Shown here: piece after piece, positions 49,598 through 62,886 of the stretch | Layout: every line of letters starts with the position of its first letter | How positions within the stretch are numbered: the stretch's first letter is position 1 | DNA from: Zancudomyces culisetae HAW-14-8 | Taxonomy: Eukaryota > Fungi > Kickxellomycota | NCBI GenBank assembly: GCA_052426225.1 | Contig: JBNJNM010000008.1 | Span: 1,240,001-1,304,000 of the forward strand | Reading direction: 5' to 3' | Length of the DNA stretch: 64,000 nucleotides | Program-made: the position numbers and the translations under genes | The notes under the pieces: generated by a model | Databases searched by the model: none | Seen by the model: only the letters and a program-made list of their open reading frames with translations | What the model was told of the DNA's origin: nothing

Positions 49598-52500
49598 ATG
49601 AGTATTATAGCACAAGTAGCTGAAGAAAATAAGAATTTAGGTTGGAATCTAATACCCGAGACTATAACACAAGACAGAGAAATTCAGATAAACAAGTTTT
49701 CTAGTAATAAATACAAAGCTAGTGGTGCAAAAGATTATAAGGGCTTCGGAAAGGCAGTGTTAAGCAGCACCAAAGAGCATGATCTAAAGATACCAACGAT
49801 ACAACAAACACAAGATGAAGTAGTTGTCAAAAATCCCTACTCTAGACCCAAAACTAGTGGAGTAGAGAACAAATCTGCAGATGCTTTTACAAAGATTTTT
49901 AAAGCCAAAACATTTAACAACTTTTGTTTAGAATTGCCAGAAAATAGGGATATCAAACCCAGACTAGAAAGCTGTAATATAAAAAATAACAAATTTAAAA
50001 GATTCAATTGTGCAAATATCGATGAGGAAGAAACGAGTAGAAAAGTAACTCATCCTATTAACACAAAAGTGCAGGAATTTTCCCCATTGAAACTGTTCAG
50101 CAGCAAAAAAAATGAAAGCTTAGATACTAGCACAGTCAGTAAGGGTTTTTCCGAAACCAGAGAAAATGCAACTATGAGTTATAAGGAACAGGAAAAAGTC
50201 AATATAGAAACTGCGAGAATAGGGCATAATCCCAGTTACGTGTATAATTCACACGAAAAGAATTTCATAAACAATAACAGACCAAAAAAAGATGTATTTA
50301 ATAAAAACACAGGCTCAAACATAGTTAGCATAGCTAAAATCGAAATCAACTCCATATTAGATGCCAATAAAAGAAATCAGGATAGTTTCGTTTCAAGTGA
50401 TAATGAAGAGCGCAAAATATTAAAAATACATACTGATGGAAGACTCACGTCTAATGAAATTCAGTACGAAAAGCTAATCTCCGAAGGAGAGATAGTCAAT
50501 AAAGCCCTCCAGTATGAAAAAATGCTATCTCAAAGGGTAAGAGAACAGCATTTGCTTTCTGGCAAATCCCAAAATGTCAAGCTTATTAAAAATATCTGCC
50601 ACAATATAAAAAAAAATAATCCAGTGGAGAGAGATATTTTCAACAGACAAATAGAAAAAACTAATAAAAAAAACGACGAAAACAACGAAGACAACGAAGA
50701 CAACGAAAAGAACGACACAATAAATCCTTATAAGTACAAAAGCAAAAAACTAGATGTCTTCACAAAGGGTGATATCGAAACATCTATCGCAGTATCTTTA
50801 AGACGTTGCCAGTCAAAGCGCTTTTTATTCACTACACCACTTGGGGAGTACAAAGTTATCAAAAATCTGGGTTCTGGAAGTTATGGAAAAGTAAAACTAA
50901 TGCAGAATACACTAACTGGAGATGAGTTTGCAGTAAAAATTATAAGACGAATACCACCAAATAAATACCACAGAGAGCACAAGGAGCATAAAAGAGCAAA
51001 GGTTTTGGATAGAAGAGTATTGAGGGAAGCTAACTTGAGTGCTGTGTTAGGTGAACTCAATCCCCACATTGTAGGTATTCGAGATTTCAGAATGACAGAT
51101 GCTCATTTTTATCTGTTTTACGATTATATCAATGGACCAACATTAGCCGAAAGAATTGGAAGCAAGGGAATATGTGAACAAGAGGCGCGAGAGATATTTA
51201 AACCTATAGTTGAAACAATAAAATTCTGTCACTCATATTCAATAATACATAGGGATATAAAGCTGGAAAATATTTTGTTGGACTACTCAACGTCTAATAC
51301 TGCAATAAAACTAACAAAAAAGGATCAAGACAATGCACCTGTAATTGATAAAGGCGTTTATTCTAGTTTTATTCATAGTTTTGGACAATTCAACAAACTG
51401 GTTGAAAAAAAAGAAATAACCAAAAAAAATGTGTTGCCTCACATCAATGTCTCTGACCGAGATGTGCACAATTGCGTTCAAATCCCAATACCATGTGTAA
51501 AATTGATTGATTTTGGATTGGCAAACTTTTTCAGTCAGAAAGGGTTAATGGAAACTTTTTGTGGAAGTCTGCCCTACACCGCACCGGAAATTCTGCGAGG
51601 GGATCCGTATTTTGGACCTGAAATCGATGTCTGGAGTTTGGGTGTAATGCTTTATGTAATGATTACAGGAAAATTTCCATTTGAAGACCCATCGCAAAAT
51701 AAAAACTATGAGAAAATAATGAGAGGGAGATTCAAGCTTTATGAATACATGAGTAGGGAACTCAAAAGCCTACTTCGTAGCATGTTGGAACCAAATATAG
51801 GTAGTAGAATAACAATAGAAAAGGTACTTTCGCATCCATGGTTTAAAGAAAACAGTGGTGTTTATGATGTAGCTGAGAGCGGGTGCTGCCTGCTTCATCC
51901 GAGAGTGGACAGCAAGTGTCAAAAAATTCTGCCAGGTGAGGATGGTCTAATTGAGTTGGATAATGAGATAGACCCATTAGTTGCTAAGGAGGTGGCTGTG
52001 TGTCTTGATATTCCTGTTGATTTTGTGTCAAAGAAAATAAAAGCTGTTATTAAAACGTCAGAGATAAATGTAGGAATTGATTACAAAAGTAACAACTCTG
52101 AATATAGTGGTGAAAAGAATCAGATCTGGAATTCAAAATCAAATAAAACAAAAGTGAAGGTACAAAAATCGCCAATAATATCCATGTACTATTTAATTGC
52201 AAAGCAGATCGAACTAAGGAAGTGGTATTTACAAACAACTATGGACGTTATGCAACACAAAAAGTTTTCAAAATCCATGCCTAATATTCTGGAAGATAGG
52301 AGGGGGGCAACCGAGGAAACGGTAGTGAAAAGGTCATTGAGAGAAGGGGTTTTTAGTAAAGTCTTTGAAAACGTCTCGAACAAAGAAAGTACTTCAGAGA
52401 TATTCGAAAAAAACACAAGAAAAAAGCAAAAACGGTTGATTTCAATCAAAAGTGTAAAAAACAGACTTTCTGAATTTTATTTGGCACGAACGCTGACTGT

Positions 52501-53773
52501 TGGAAGCAGAAAAAATATACAGGAAAGTTTAGAAGCCAAAAGTATGAGTATAGAAGAAAAAATATCGCTCGACTTCTCTTCAACGAATAGTAAATATGAA
52601 TTTACATCCATTGAAGATAAAACATTAAGACCATTGAAGAATAATAAATACATAAAGGAAAAAGATAAAATAAGACGAGTTGGGTGTCTAGAAAGTATAA
52701 AAGATAGGATAGTAATGCCTAAATGTCTAAATAAGCTAGAGGCTGTCCAGATAATGCAAAAAGTGGTTGATATGTTAAGGCAGAGCAAGATAAGCTCTGT
52801 TTACGTGAACCAAATTGAGATTCCAAACGCCAAAAACTTAATACAGGCTGAAGATGCAATGCTGGCTAGCCCAGATATATTGAGAAGAGCATCAATGTAT
52901 ATTTACAATGACGCAACTATTGGACTTGAGTATAACAATGGAGAAGCAGGATATTCTAGAGATAGAGGTGTGATTACAGACAAGCAACCAAGCTTAAAAG
53001 TGAAGACAACTAGTGGATTTAAAAGCAACTATCTGGGTATGAAAAAACTTAATTCATTATTTCATCTTCTCTCAAACAAACCAGGGGTATCAGTACCTCA
53101 AAATCATTCTAATCACAAGAATAAGATATTAAAAACCTTCAATACAAACAAGCTAATATTAAAAACAAGCAAAGGGAAACGCGGAAAGAGTGGATATAAA
53201 TATATTGGAAATGTTGATGGAAATAGTAAAAAAATACGCAAAAATAGACGATTAGGTTGTGATAATGGTGTAAAATATGTAAATAGTCACAAAAAGCTTA
53301 CCCAGAGCGTTGAAAAAATGATAATTAATCATCACGGTGCGATGTTGCCTCAAGGGTACGTATGGACAATAAAGTATGTTCGTGGCAAAAATCGTCAAGT
53401 TATGGTACATGAAACCGAACTGGATAGTGTCGATGAAGAGGTTAAAACCAGCTTTAAAGAAATGGAACTCTCAATTGTGAAAAAGGAAAGCAAGATCGAA
53501 GTTCCCCAAGAAAGTATGAAGTTCACACAACCAGTTCAATACCCAACTCTAACTGTGGTTTGTCGGTACTGCCCAAGTCTTAGTGGAAAAAGAGAGGTGG
53601 AGGTATTAGAAAATTATTCGACAACTTTTAGACTCGAATTGGTTCGAATTGACAGCAGGTATGTAAGAAATCGCTATGCTATTGTAGTTAACAGACTCAC
53701 AGGACATCGAGGAAAATTCGCATTGATAATGATGTATTTAAAAAGAATGATGTCAACACTACAAGACAGATAA
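49598..53773 (+). CDS. Kin1/MARK-like Ser/Thr kinase with probable C-terminal KA1 domain
   Basis: GSGSYG, FAVK, HRDIKLEN, DFG, TFCGSLPYTAPE and GPEIDVWSLG motifs; C-terminal FRLELVRI...NRLTG. Confidence 0.92.
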   Translation: MSIIAQVAEENKNLGWNLIPETITQDREIQINKFSSNKYKASGAKDYKGFGKAVLSSTKEHDLKIPTIQQTQDEVVVKNPYSRPKTSGVENKSADAFTKIFKAKTFNNFCLELPENRDIKPRLESCNIKNNKFKRFNCANIDEEETSRKVTHPINTKVQEFSPLKLFSSKKNESLDTSTVSKGFSETRENATMSYKEQEKVNIETARIGHNPSYVYNSHEKNFINNNRPKKDVFNKNTGSNIVSIAKIEINSILDANKRNQDSFVSSDNEERKILKIHTDGRLTSNEIQYEKLISEGEIVNKALQYEKMLSQRVREQHLLSGKSQNVKLIKNICHNIKKNNPVERDIFNRQIEKTNKKNDENNEDNEDNEKNDTINPYKYKSKKLDVFTKGDIETSIAVSLRRCQSKRFLFTTPLGEYKVIKNLGSGSYGKVKLMQNTLTGDEFAVKIIRRIPPNKYHREHKEHKRAKVLDRRVLREANLSAVLGELNPHIVGIRDFRMTDAHFYLFYDYINGPTLAERIGSKGICEQEAREIFKPIVETIKFCHSYSIIHRDIKLENILLDYSTSNTAIKLTKKDQDNAPVIDKGVYSSFIHSFGQFNKLVEKKEITKKNVLPHINVSDRDVHNCVQIPIPCVKLIDFGLANFFSQKGLMETFCGSLPYTAPEILRGDPYFGPEIDVWSLGVMLYVMITGKFPFEDPSQNKNYEKIMRGRFKLYEYMSRELKSLLRSMLEPNIGSRITIEKVLSHPWFKENSGVYDVAESGCCLLHPRVDSKCQKILPGEDGLIELDNEIDPLVAKEVAVCLDIPVDFVSKKIKAVIKTSEINVGIDYKSNNSEYSGEKNQIWNSKSNKTKVKVQKSPIISMYYLIAKQIELRKWYLQTTMDVMQHKKFSKSMPNILEDRRGATEETVVKRSLREGVFSKVFENVSNKESTSEIFEKNTRKKQKRLISIKSVKNRLSEFYLARTLTVGSRKNIQESLEAKSMSIEEKISLDFSSTNSKYEFTSIEDKTLRPLKNNKYIKEKDKIRRVGCLESIKDRIVMPKCLNKLEAVQIMQKVVDMLRQSKISSVYVNQIEIPNAKNLIQAEDAMLASPDILRRASMYIYNDATIGLEYNNGEAGYSRDRGVITDKQPSLKVKTTSGFKSNYLGMKKLNSLFHLLSNKPGVSVPQNHSNHKNKILKTFNTNKLILKTSKGKRGKSGYKYIGNVDGNSKKIRKNRRLGCDNGVKYVNSHKKLTQSVEKMIINHHGAMLPQGYVWTIKYVRGKNRQVMVHETELDSVDEEVKTSFKEMELSIVKKESKIEVPQESMKFTQPVQYPTLTVVCRYCPSLSGKREVEVLENYSTTFRLELVRIDSRYVRNRYAIVVNRLTGHRGKFALIMMYLKRMMSTLQDR

Positions 53774-54472
53774 AAGTTGTTTGAGTATCTGTAAAGTTAT
53801 AGTCAATTTTTATTACATATTATCTTTAATGTGCTTTTCTTTTGTTAAAATATTTTTATAAGCAGTCTAATGAGTTGAGGAATAGTCAAAAACAAAAGAT
53901 CGGTTTTATGAAAATACCGGCTAGCGTTTTAATTATATTACAAATAAATTCTCTAGTCAGTTTTGGAAAAGCTAAATCGCGTCATAGAACAATTGTGAAT
54001 TATACTATGATTGTATATACTTGCTTGTTGAGGAATTAAAAGAAGGCCATTAAAGAGAATTAAAACTGAGAAAGCAGATGGTAGCCTTGTTTAGCTATCA
54101 CTTTCGCGTAAATAATTGCTGAGAAGTACGGCAAATAAAAATGAGAAATATAGTTAGATGGATGATTGTTATGTAGAGTTTTGGTAAATAAAATAATGAA
54201 CATTGTAATAGAAAAGCTAAAAAGTTAATAAATGAAGTTTCTAAGCTTTGTATGACTTTGTCAGTGTAGATGAGCGGTTTGCTACATTTTCTGAAATAAT
54301 GATATACTGTTTTGTCTAAAACGATATTCAGTTGTCTGGTGTTAGGTTCTTATAACTAATTTATCCCAACCAATGACAAATAGATCAGCTAGTCTGGGCA
54401 CAAAAGCTGGCTATAGAAAAACAAAAAAAAAACTCCCCAGAGTAAGTAGTGCAACATAGTATTATGAGTGGA

Positions 54473-56197
54473 TCAGGAAATTGAATGTAGGAGTGATTTA
54501 GCAATACGTCTATTGTCAATCATAGATAAAAACGCAGTATAGCTCCATGTAAGATCAGGGGCTCCGGTGTGGAAGCCAGTATACCTATCCCATTGCTCAT
54601 TCATAAATCCTTCAGAAGGTGAGTGAAACTTGACTCGCTTGGCAAATAGGTCTGCAGAATGAATAAGCAGTGATAGGATATCTAATAAACGCTGGGGCTC
54701 CAACTCGTAGCGTATAATATATACAGAGGAAAGTGCTTTGTTGGTGATACCATGCAGCGGGTCTACTTTATACAATAAAGTATCGTATGGGCTAGCTGAG
54801 TATAGCAGATTTTGACTGTAAAGTAAAAATTCGCTCAGTGAAGGGTCAACGACAAGTTTTCGAGCATGGATGGACGAAATGACGAGCTTGTAGTAAAACT
54901 CTGCAATACTACAGGTCAGTAATGGCCATGGATTGCCCAAACTATGGCTATTATAGCCATTATACTTATCGCCAGGGTATCTACCGACAGCAACTCCAGG
55001 GGCATTACGGTCAGAGTAGTTTATTGGGTACAAATCCTTGTAAATAGCCAAAAGCTTTACCAGTGTGGTTAGCGTTTTTGAAAGCAGACCAGCATCTTTA
55101 ACAAAAAAGGAATCAGAGTTGAAAGTGTGGATCCACGCTAGAATGGTCTGAGTATCGAGAAAATCGTGAGATTTGTATATCCCCTTCTTGTAATCTATTG
55201 TAGACATGATCAACGACGATGAGTTGTTCCAAAAATTATTTGAAGCAATTTTTAACAGCTTATCATGCAGAATGTGATATTTTTTCGACTTTATTCGGTT
55301 ATTCAGAACATCCAAGTACAGCTGTGAAGCCATTTCAAATGCTTTTGAAGTAACTAGAACGTTGTAAAAATGAGTTCCACAAACTTCTTCCCAAATATCA
55401 AAACTGGGATCCAAATAGTGCGAAGACAAGTATTTGAGATCTTGTGACAAAACACAATCGTCGCATAATAAAAAATTCGTCAAAAAACCGACAATCGCAC
55501 CATGTGACTTTCCTAAACGATCTCTGTTGGAAAACAGGAAATTAATGTACTGGATGTTTGCAATAGACCGAAGCGCAGGCCCGTCGTTTTGCGGACGACC
55601 CCAAGATTTAAGAAATAGTTCGCCGTTCATATAGAATTTTGGTTCACCCAAATCTCCGACTGGGTGCCTCTTGTATTTGACAAGATAGTTTGTAAAATTA
55701 ATATAGTGATTGACAAAGGAGTGGAAATCCTCTTTTGTTGAAGGTGGATTTGCCAAGAAAGATTGATCTTTATGACTGGAAGAATGCTTAGAATAGTAAA
55801 GTGATTCAGAGTCAATGGAGTTTTCCATCGCAAAAATAATATAAGAGATAGTCAAGGCGCTATCCCGGGTCCAATGGTAGAAATAATCGGGCTCCGACTT
55901 TGAAGGCGAGGCACAGATTGCGCCCCTTTGAACAAATTTGTTAGATTTGTACAAGTTCAGATTAGATTTTAGCTTTGAAATGGATTTTTTATACTGCCAT
56001 ACGATCCATTCCTCAAACTCCAGCTCCTTAAGAGTGTGAATCTCGCCCGGCCTACCAGTATCGAATATTCTTGATATTGCTATTCCAACTGCATTTTGAA
56101 ATCTAATTTCTGAATAGAAGTTGGAAAAATAAATCAAAATATGAGTAATACAAAATAGAAATAATACCAAAAGTGTTAGTGAAAGTTTAGCTCCCAT
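54473..56197 (-). CDS. Glucoamylase (GH15) with N-terminal signal/anchor
   Basis: ASPS..PDYFYHWTRDSAL, LGEPKF, WGRPQNDGPALR, FDIWEE, GRYPGD.Y.G, GNPW, EQ.DR and DLTWSY motifs. Confidence 0.95.
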   Translation of the reverse strand: MGAKLSLTLLVLFLFCITHILIYFSNFYSEIRFQNAVGIAISRIFDTGRPGEIHTLKELEFEEWIVWQYKKSISKLKSNLNLYKSNKFVQRGAICASPSKSEPDYFYHWTRDSALTISYIIFAMENSIDSESLYYSKHSSSHKDQSFLANPPSTKEDFHSFVNHYINFTNYLVKYKRHPVGDLGEPKFYMNGELFLKSWGRPQNDGPALRSIANIQYINFLFSNRDRLGKSHGAIVGFLTNFLLCDDCVLSQDLKYLSSHYLDPSFDIWEEVCGTHFYNVLVTSKAFEMASQLYLDVLNNRIKSKKYHILHDKLLKIASNNFWNNSSSLIMSTIDYKKGIYKSHDFLDTQTILAWIHTFNSDSFFVKDAGLLSKTLTTLVKLLAIYKDLYPINYSDRNAPGVAVGRYPGDKYNGYNSHSLGNPWPLLTCSIAEFYYKLVISSIHARKLVVDPSLSEFLLYSQNLLYSASPYDTLLYKVDPLHGITNKALSSVYIIRYELEPQRLLDILSLLIHSADLFAKRVKFHSPSEGFMNEQWDRYTGFHTGAPDLTWSYTAFLSMIDNRRIAKSLLHSIS

Positions 56198-57892
56198 TAT
56201 TTAGATTATAATAGTACACACATTAGTTTTTGTCAGTACCTTCATATTCCTTTTATACTGCCAATTCATTATTTGTGTTATTTAGAACCGCAATTAAAGT
56301 TGTTTACAGGTGAACTATTAGCACTAAATTTTATGGCAAAAATATACATGGATAAAATATTCACGTGAATAAAAATACACTCACTTAATGCAATACTATT
56401 GGATTTCTAATCAAAAAAAAAAAACAATGGAAATTAGTTTGGGAATTTTGAAAAAACAAATAACACATGACCAAAAAACAAGAAAACGTCGCCAGGAGTC
56501 GAGTCATCAATGCTTTCTCAATAATAGAGATTGTTTTTGGGAAGCAAATAAACAACAAACAGACGATATCTTAGAGTCGCAAATGTTGGAGGGGGGAGGG
56601 GGGTTGATATTGGGGGAGAAATATTAAAAACTCAAACATATAATGGAGTATAAAAGTGTTGGTGCTTGAATTACAAATAAGCCTCAAAAATATGTGTAAT
56701 TGTTATTCTATGAAAATAACCAAGATGCTGAGCACCGCCAAAAAATCAGAGCTATTTGGGTATCCAAAGTATATAGTTTCACATATTATGTGTTGGAAAA
56801 GATAAAGTTGCAGGATCAGCAATGAAATTACAAAACAAAGGGAGTCAGAAAAAGAAGTTGGAATAACCCTTGCCACACTTATTTTCTTTAAAGTACATCG
56901 AGATCCAAACTTCACTCCAAGACCAAATTAAAATCAAAATAATCTCTGGAAACGCTTGGGTTTATATCAGTTTTATAAACTAACTATGTATTGATTTTAT
57001 TGATCAACAAACAAAAAAAGGTAAGAGTTGAGAGCACAACCCCCTAGCAAAATGGATCGAAGGTATCTTTTTGTTGGAATTTGACAAATGTTTTGTTGAG
57101 GTCACAAGATTAAATAAACATAACATTAATAGCTGTCAATAAAACTGTTAAAAGTAGGTTTGCATGAATTCTAAAACACGTGGGAGGCTCAAAATAATAC
57201 TTGAATTAATGTGAAAAAGCTTAATAAAAATAAAAAGTAGGCTTTTATATAGTTTTTAAATTTATTCCAGGTTAATAGTTTAGCCCGTTTCTTAAAAACT
57301 AAATAGGTTTCAATTTTTTAGAATGCGTGTTATAACACAAAATAGTACCTTAATAAGTAAAATATAATAGCTTAGACTTTTGTAAAGTAACTCATCTTGG
57401 GTTGTTTTAGTTCAATTTTATTTGTGTAAACTGAAAACTCCCCAAAAGGATGCCAGACAATCGTCAAGAGTTTCCAAGAGTTGTAAATATATAATTATTT
57501 GGGAACCTAAATATTTAGACTGGAGACCGAGTAGTTTATTCTCATTAAATATTAACTCGTAAAAGTCCTATTGTATCATAGTCTAGAACATTAAATGATT
57601 AGAATTTACTGAGTTGGCTAAACTTATGGGTAACTCGGGAGGTTTCTATCATTTGGTTTTCCTAAGGCTATTCTATTGGATAAATATCAAAATATACAAG
57701 AAAAAATCCTACAGTCAAGAAAAACGACCACCTTAAGATCTACCTGAATTGTGTTGTTCCAGGTACGTTTTTTAGGGCTGAGATCTATCTCTTGCAGTCA
57801 AAACGTACATATTCAAATGCTTCTGTACTCGTTGAAATGAAAACCATTTACTATTCTACCCAGCAGTTTAGTAATTATTCCAGACAATTGTC

Positions 57893-60800
57893 TCAATAAA
57901 ATGAGGGTTGTCGAAATTTCATCCACCTTTTTTTGACCACCATTGTCTTGCACTCACAGAAATTGATCAAGTCATGATCGTTTGTATCTTTTGCAACCTC
58001 CATGATAGATGCGGTATATGAATGTACATTAGCACCATGTTTTATCAACAGTTTGATCATTTCTAAATTTTTATGATGACATGCTTCCTTGATTCCAAAA
58101 TCCCTGTTTAGAATCAAATTAGGATTTTTTTCAAACAATAATTTTAATATTTCGAGATTATTGTTTTTACAGGCTTGTATGACTCCACTATGAAACCCCA
58201 TTTGTATTTCTGCTCCATTTTCAAGTAAAATCCTCAACATTTCTATATTGTTGTTTTTAATAGTTTTGATCAGCCCGCTATTACATACATTTTCCAATTT
58301 TGCCCCCTTTTCAAATACCAGTTTTAACATTTCCACATTATTCGATCTACAGGCGATGTAAATGAAGTCCAATTCGCAGTTATAAAATGTAGTGGTATCT
58401 TTTAAAAGCAATTTAACAACGTCTATCTTGTTTTTATCAATGGAAGATTGAAGTAAGTATGAATCACCACAAATACCAGGACAACAAGTCAACATTAACT
58501 GTAATGTTTCGATGTCGTCTAGGTTAACATACTTTAAATATTTTGAATACCAGTATATTTTTGCACCATGTAGTAATAGTAACCTGATAATTTCAGCGTT
58601 CTTTTCTTTGAGAGCTGTTTGCAGCACATCTGTATTTCCATGAACACTTAATCCATTTTCCAATAACAGTTTCACAACCTCGATATCATGATTTTTAATG
58701 AAAGGATTTAGTATATCAGTGTGGTTGGTGAAACTGATCTTGCAAGTTAATAGTATTTTCAGCAATTCAGTATTATTTAATCTAATTGCGATCTCTATCC
58801 CATCCAATAAATCGCAATTCTGGATGGGCTCACCCTTTTCAAGCAAGGCAGTAGTAATTTTGTATTTTCCGACATGATCAGAGCTATCATGACGCAAAAA
58901 TGAATCATTTTGTGCTTTTTCTCGTTCCTTTGTACATGATTGATTTTTTTTTCTCTAATACTCCTAAACTATCATAGTAGTCAAGAATCATTTTTACCAA
59001 TTCAATATCTTCAGTCAAGCATGCATACTCTAATTGATGATGACAAACACCTTCTATCGCAGCATTGTTATCCAATAGATATTTCAATGTTCTTTTGAAA
59101 CCCAATCTACATGCGATTCTGACTCCATTCCGATTTGGATCACTCAGATCAACTCCATTTTCCACCAATAATTTAACCATATCAAAGTTACCTAGTAAAC
59201 ACGCCATGCTAATACAAGGATATCCAGGATTATTGGGTACAACACCTCCATTTCTAATCCAGTGCTCCAGTACCTCAACCTTATCTGATTCACAGGCCTC
59301 TATAAATCCATCCGATTCTTTACCAAACTTGGCGCCTTTACTGATAAAGTAATCAATCCAATCAATATCACCTGCTTTATATGCTGTTCTTAAAATTAAA
59401 CCATCAGCTGAATTAACATCCATTCCATATTCAATCAACAGTTTTAAAACTTCAAAGTTTAGGTTAACCAATCCTGATTTTACTAGCTCATAATGCCAAT
59501 CATTCAGCACTTCTACATCCTTTTCGTATCCCAACTCATTCGTTTCGTCATGTTCAGTATACTCGAATGTATTTTGCAGATCATTCTCTACAATGTAACG
59601 TATGATTTCAGATATTTTTTTATAACAGAAATCCTTAGTACCGTAACACCAACCAAAATAGGTAAACTTCTCGTAATATGAATCTACATATTCAAAGGCT
59701 TTTTTCCTTCTTGAATTCATAATTGCTATTACTCTTTCAAATGAATCCTGATGCCTAAAAATATTCCCAAATCTAAAATTTTTGTTATTGATAGAATGTG
59801 AATTGATTCGGCAAATTTGAAAAAGACAAACTAGCGTTTTACTAAATCCCATCCTCGTTCTAACCCTATCCTCGTTTCTTGAAGCTATGGAATCGGCCTT
59901 GTCTTTATTGAACTCTTTTAGTCGCTCTGCTATTTCGGAATTTTTGATACGACACAGATTTTCAATAACATTCTGATTCGCTAGTTCAACCGGAGCACCA
60001 TTTTCCAATAACAACCGCAACATATTTGTATCTTTATTTTTGATTGCAATTAATATCCCTTGAAAATGAGGCGAATTAAAATCCATTCCAGCTTCGATAA
60101 GTAGTTTGAAAGTTTTGACATCTCCACATTTGACTATTTCCTCTAAACAGGAAACACTCACAGTATTTGGATACTTTTTTATAATTTCCTGTACCAATTC
60201 GTATTCTTTCTTTTCTATAACTGTTCTCAAAGCATTTTCATCCAACTCTCCGTTCAGTTTATTGCTGTGGTTTAAAAGAAGTCTTATGAAATCAACATTA
60301 CCATATACATACGCTATACTTGTCATTTTTTGGATATTCTCTGAACTTGGATCCACTTTGAAAAAATATTCTTTGACTAAACTCTCGTTTTTATAGAGGA
60401 CCGCTTCATCGAACAGTATTTGATGGTGTATATCATTAGAGAGGTTATCCTTAAGATTTTGCAATAGTTCCTTTCTACCAAAATATCTTGAATAGTATGA
60501 ACACAGCTTATAAATAAGCATATCTAGACTATTTGTCGAAGCATACCTCCCGACAATACTAACAAGATCCGAAAACGTGCCACAATGCTTACTTTTAATC
60601 AATTTTACATCCTGAGCAGAAAATTTTGTTTTGATTTTTATATTCAGAACCCTTTTTAGCAGTTCAGAATCATTCAATTGGCATACTGCATATATACACA
60701 TTGGTATACAACAGATTATAGTTTTACTATCAATATATCTGATCTCTCTTTCAACAAAGCGAGAAAATCCTTTAGGAAACTCAATTTTGCTACAGCAGAG

Positions 60801-61412
60801 ATCTACCAAGCCTTCAATATGTTCATTACCAAAACTTGTGTCTATTTTGTTCAATAGTCTTTGCAAATTCGATTGTGTAGTTATCAATGGCCTGATATAA
60901 AGTGAGTCAGAAATGTTGATTTCCGTTAATGATTTTTTTGATTCATTCTCTTTTGAAAATAATTTGCTTGTATCAATATCTAGATATTGATCCTCTTTCA
61001 TAAATAAAGTTCCCTTATATACAACCTTTGTAGTGTTCCTATCAATCACCACATACATTTTTAGAATTTCTTTAAAAATATTTCTCCATTTGTAATCGAA
61101 CGCGAGGAATAGAACAAATCCGTAATCCAGATTCTTGATTTTGCTCAAAACTAATCTTCCAACATTTTCATTCATATTTATTCGTGTATGTTTTTTGAGT
61201 ATGTTTTTTAGCCTGAACATATGTCTACCTTCCAAACCTGATAAAACATATTGAAGTATGTACTTGCTAGTGGGGTCCACTTGTTGTGTGGCATAGTGCA
61301 CATTTTTGTTCAAGAGTGATATCTGAGGATTTTGGGCAAGTATAAATATGGTTGACAGGATGCTTGCTGGAAGTTTGTTAAAAAGACTGTTGCCGTTATT
61401 TGTGGTATCCAT
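57893..61412 (-). CDS. Ankyrin-repeat protein with N-terminal F-box-like motif; ORFs 61412-58905 and 58897-57893 joined by one frameshift in an A9 run
   Basis: LFNKLPASILSTIF N-terminus; many AC..G..E.(V/L)KLL.E.GA repeats in both ORFs. Removing one A at 58944-58952 gives a continuous frame. Confidence 0.88.
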
Positions 61413-62886
61413 TTTGTCGTAAGTCGTTAATTCTTATTCCTTCCCTTCGATGTTAGTTTGTTAGTGATTAAAGTAATGCGATTTAAATTAACAAGTCCAC
61501 ATAATGGGATTTTTGCTCTTATACCAATTTCATAATTTTTTTTGATCTATTTACCAATTATTTCATCAGTTACGCTAGTAATTTGCTGCGTAATTTGAAA
61601 TATTCAAGATTGGAATAAAATTGTTGGATAGGTTAAAAGTTGGTCTATTTTCAGCCCGATAATTTATTCACTTTTGTTGATTAAGACGGTTTGCTAATAA
61701 TCTAAGAGGTCTCATCAAATTGACAGCACAAAGTGTTATATGATCCATTATCCTTCACCAAGCACAAACTGATAATTCTATAAATATAATTTTTGTTGAG
61801 GTGTATATTGATGATGAGGTGTTGAATATATATAAATTTTTTTGAATGTTACGATAATGAAGAGTGTAGCCCTTTGGTTACACAATTTTGATATACTCTA
61901 TTACCTCTTTTGTATCTTTGAAAGGTGTCAATGTATTGTTTCTCAGCCAGTATTCAACTATTACAATAGTTTAGTTATAGAGGAGAAATAGAGTTATGCA
62001 AAGATTCAGTAAAAATCTTTTTTATTTGTGATGATTTCAGTTCAGATATTATATTATCTAGTATAAACTTGGTTGTATATTTGGTAATGACCACTAGTAT
62101 TGCTTGACAAAAATGATAATACATGTTGACGAAACGTAAAGTGTAAATAAATTTCAATAAATTAATATTACTTTAGTATAGCGGTTAAACCTGAATACCG
62201 ACAATAGATGTTTATATTTTGTGGAAATGTAAAATTAAGTGATTTACACTGTCAACTCGGAGTAACCTAGTGACCAACTAAAATGAAAAAAAACAACAGT
62301 GTCAAGAGAGTTTAATCAATTTTCTAGTTAGAATAATTATTTTAGTTATACTTTATCCATATTTCGCCTACTTTTTGGTACTTTGGAACTTACTATATGT
62401 GAAAATTAGTAGACAAAGCAATAGTTAAAGAGGGGGATTTTTTTAATCTTAAAGAGAATACATCATAATTAAAAACAGTAATAGAAAACTAAAAATATAC
62501 ACAGAACCTGAATACGCCAATACTCACTAAAAAAAGGATTGTTAGCGGGGATAACCGTAGTTCTTAGTCGTTAAAACAATAACCAGTTTATTAGTTTTTA
62601 CAAATTTAAAACACATCTGGATTAATTTTGCTTTTAAATAAAGGAATAATTTCTAACACTAAAGTCTACAATATAAATAAAAAAAAGCAAATGAGCTCTA
62701 CATTTGATAGTTAGCCGAGATGCAACACAATAGTCCATGCCAAAGGGAAAACCAACAGCGCAACAGTATGAAATCTCTATATTTATTTGCTCAAGAGATA
62801 ACTGCCATTATATCCTAGTAATATGATATTACCTACCACATACACAATATACTAATACCTGACATATAAACAACATTTAAAAATAG

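Noticed and set aside
62541-62570. gttagcggggataaccgtagttctt resembling the motif at 722-750
   Set aside because: Short, gapped match; the downstream hairpins were not found.
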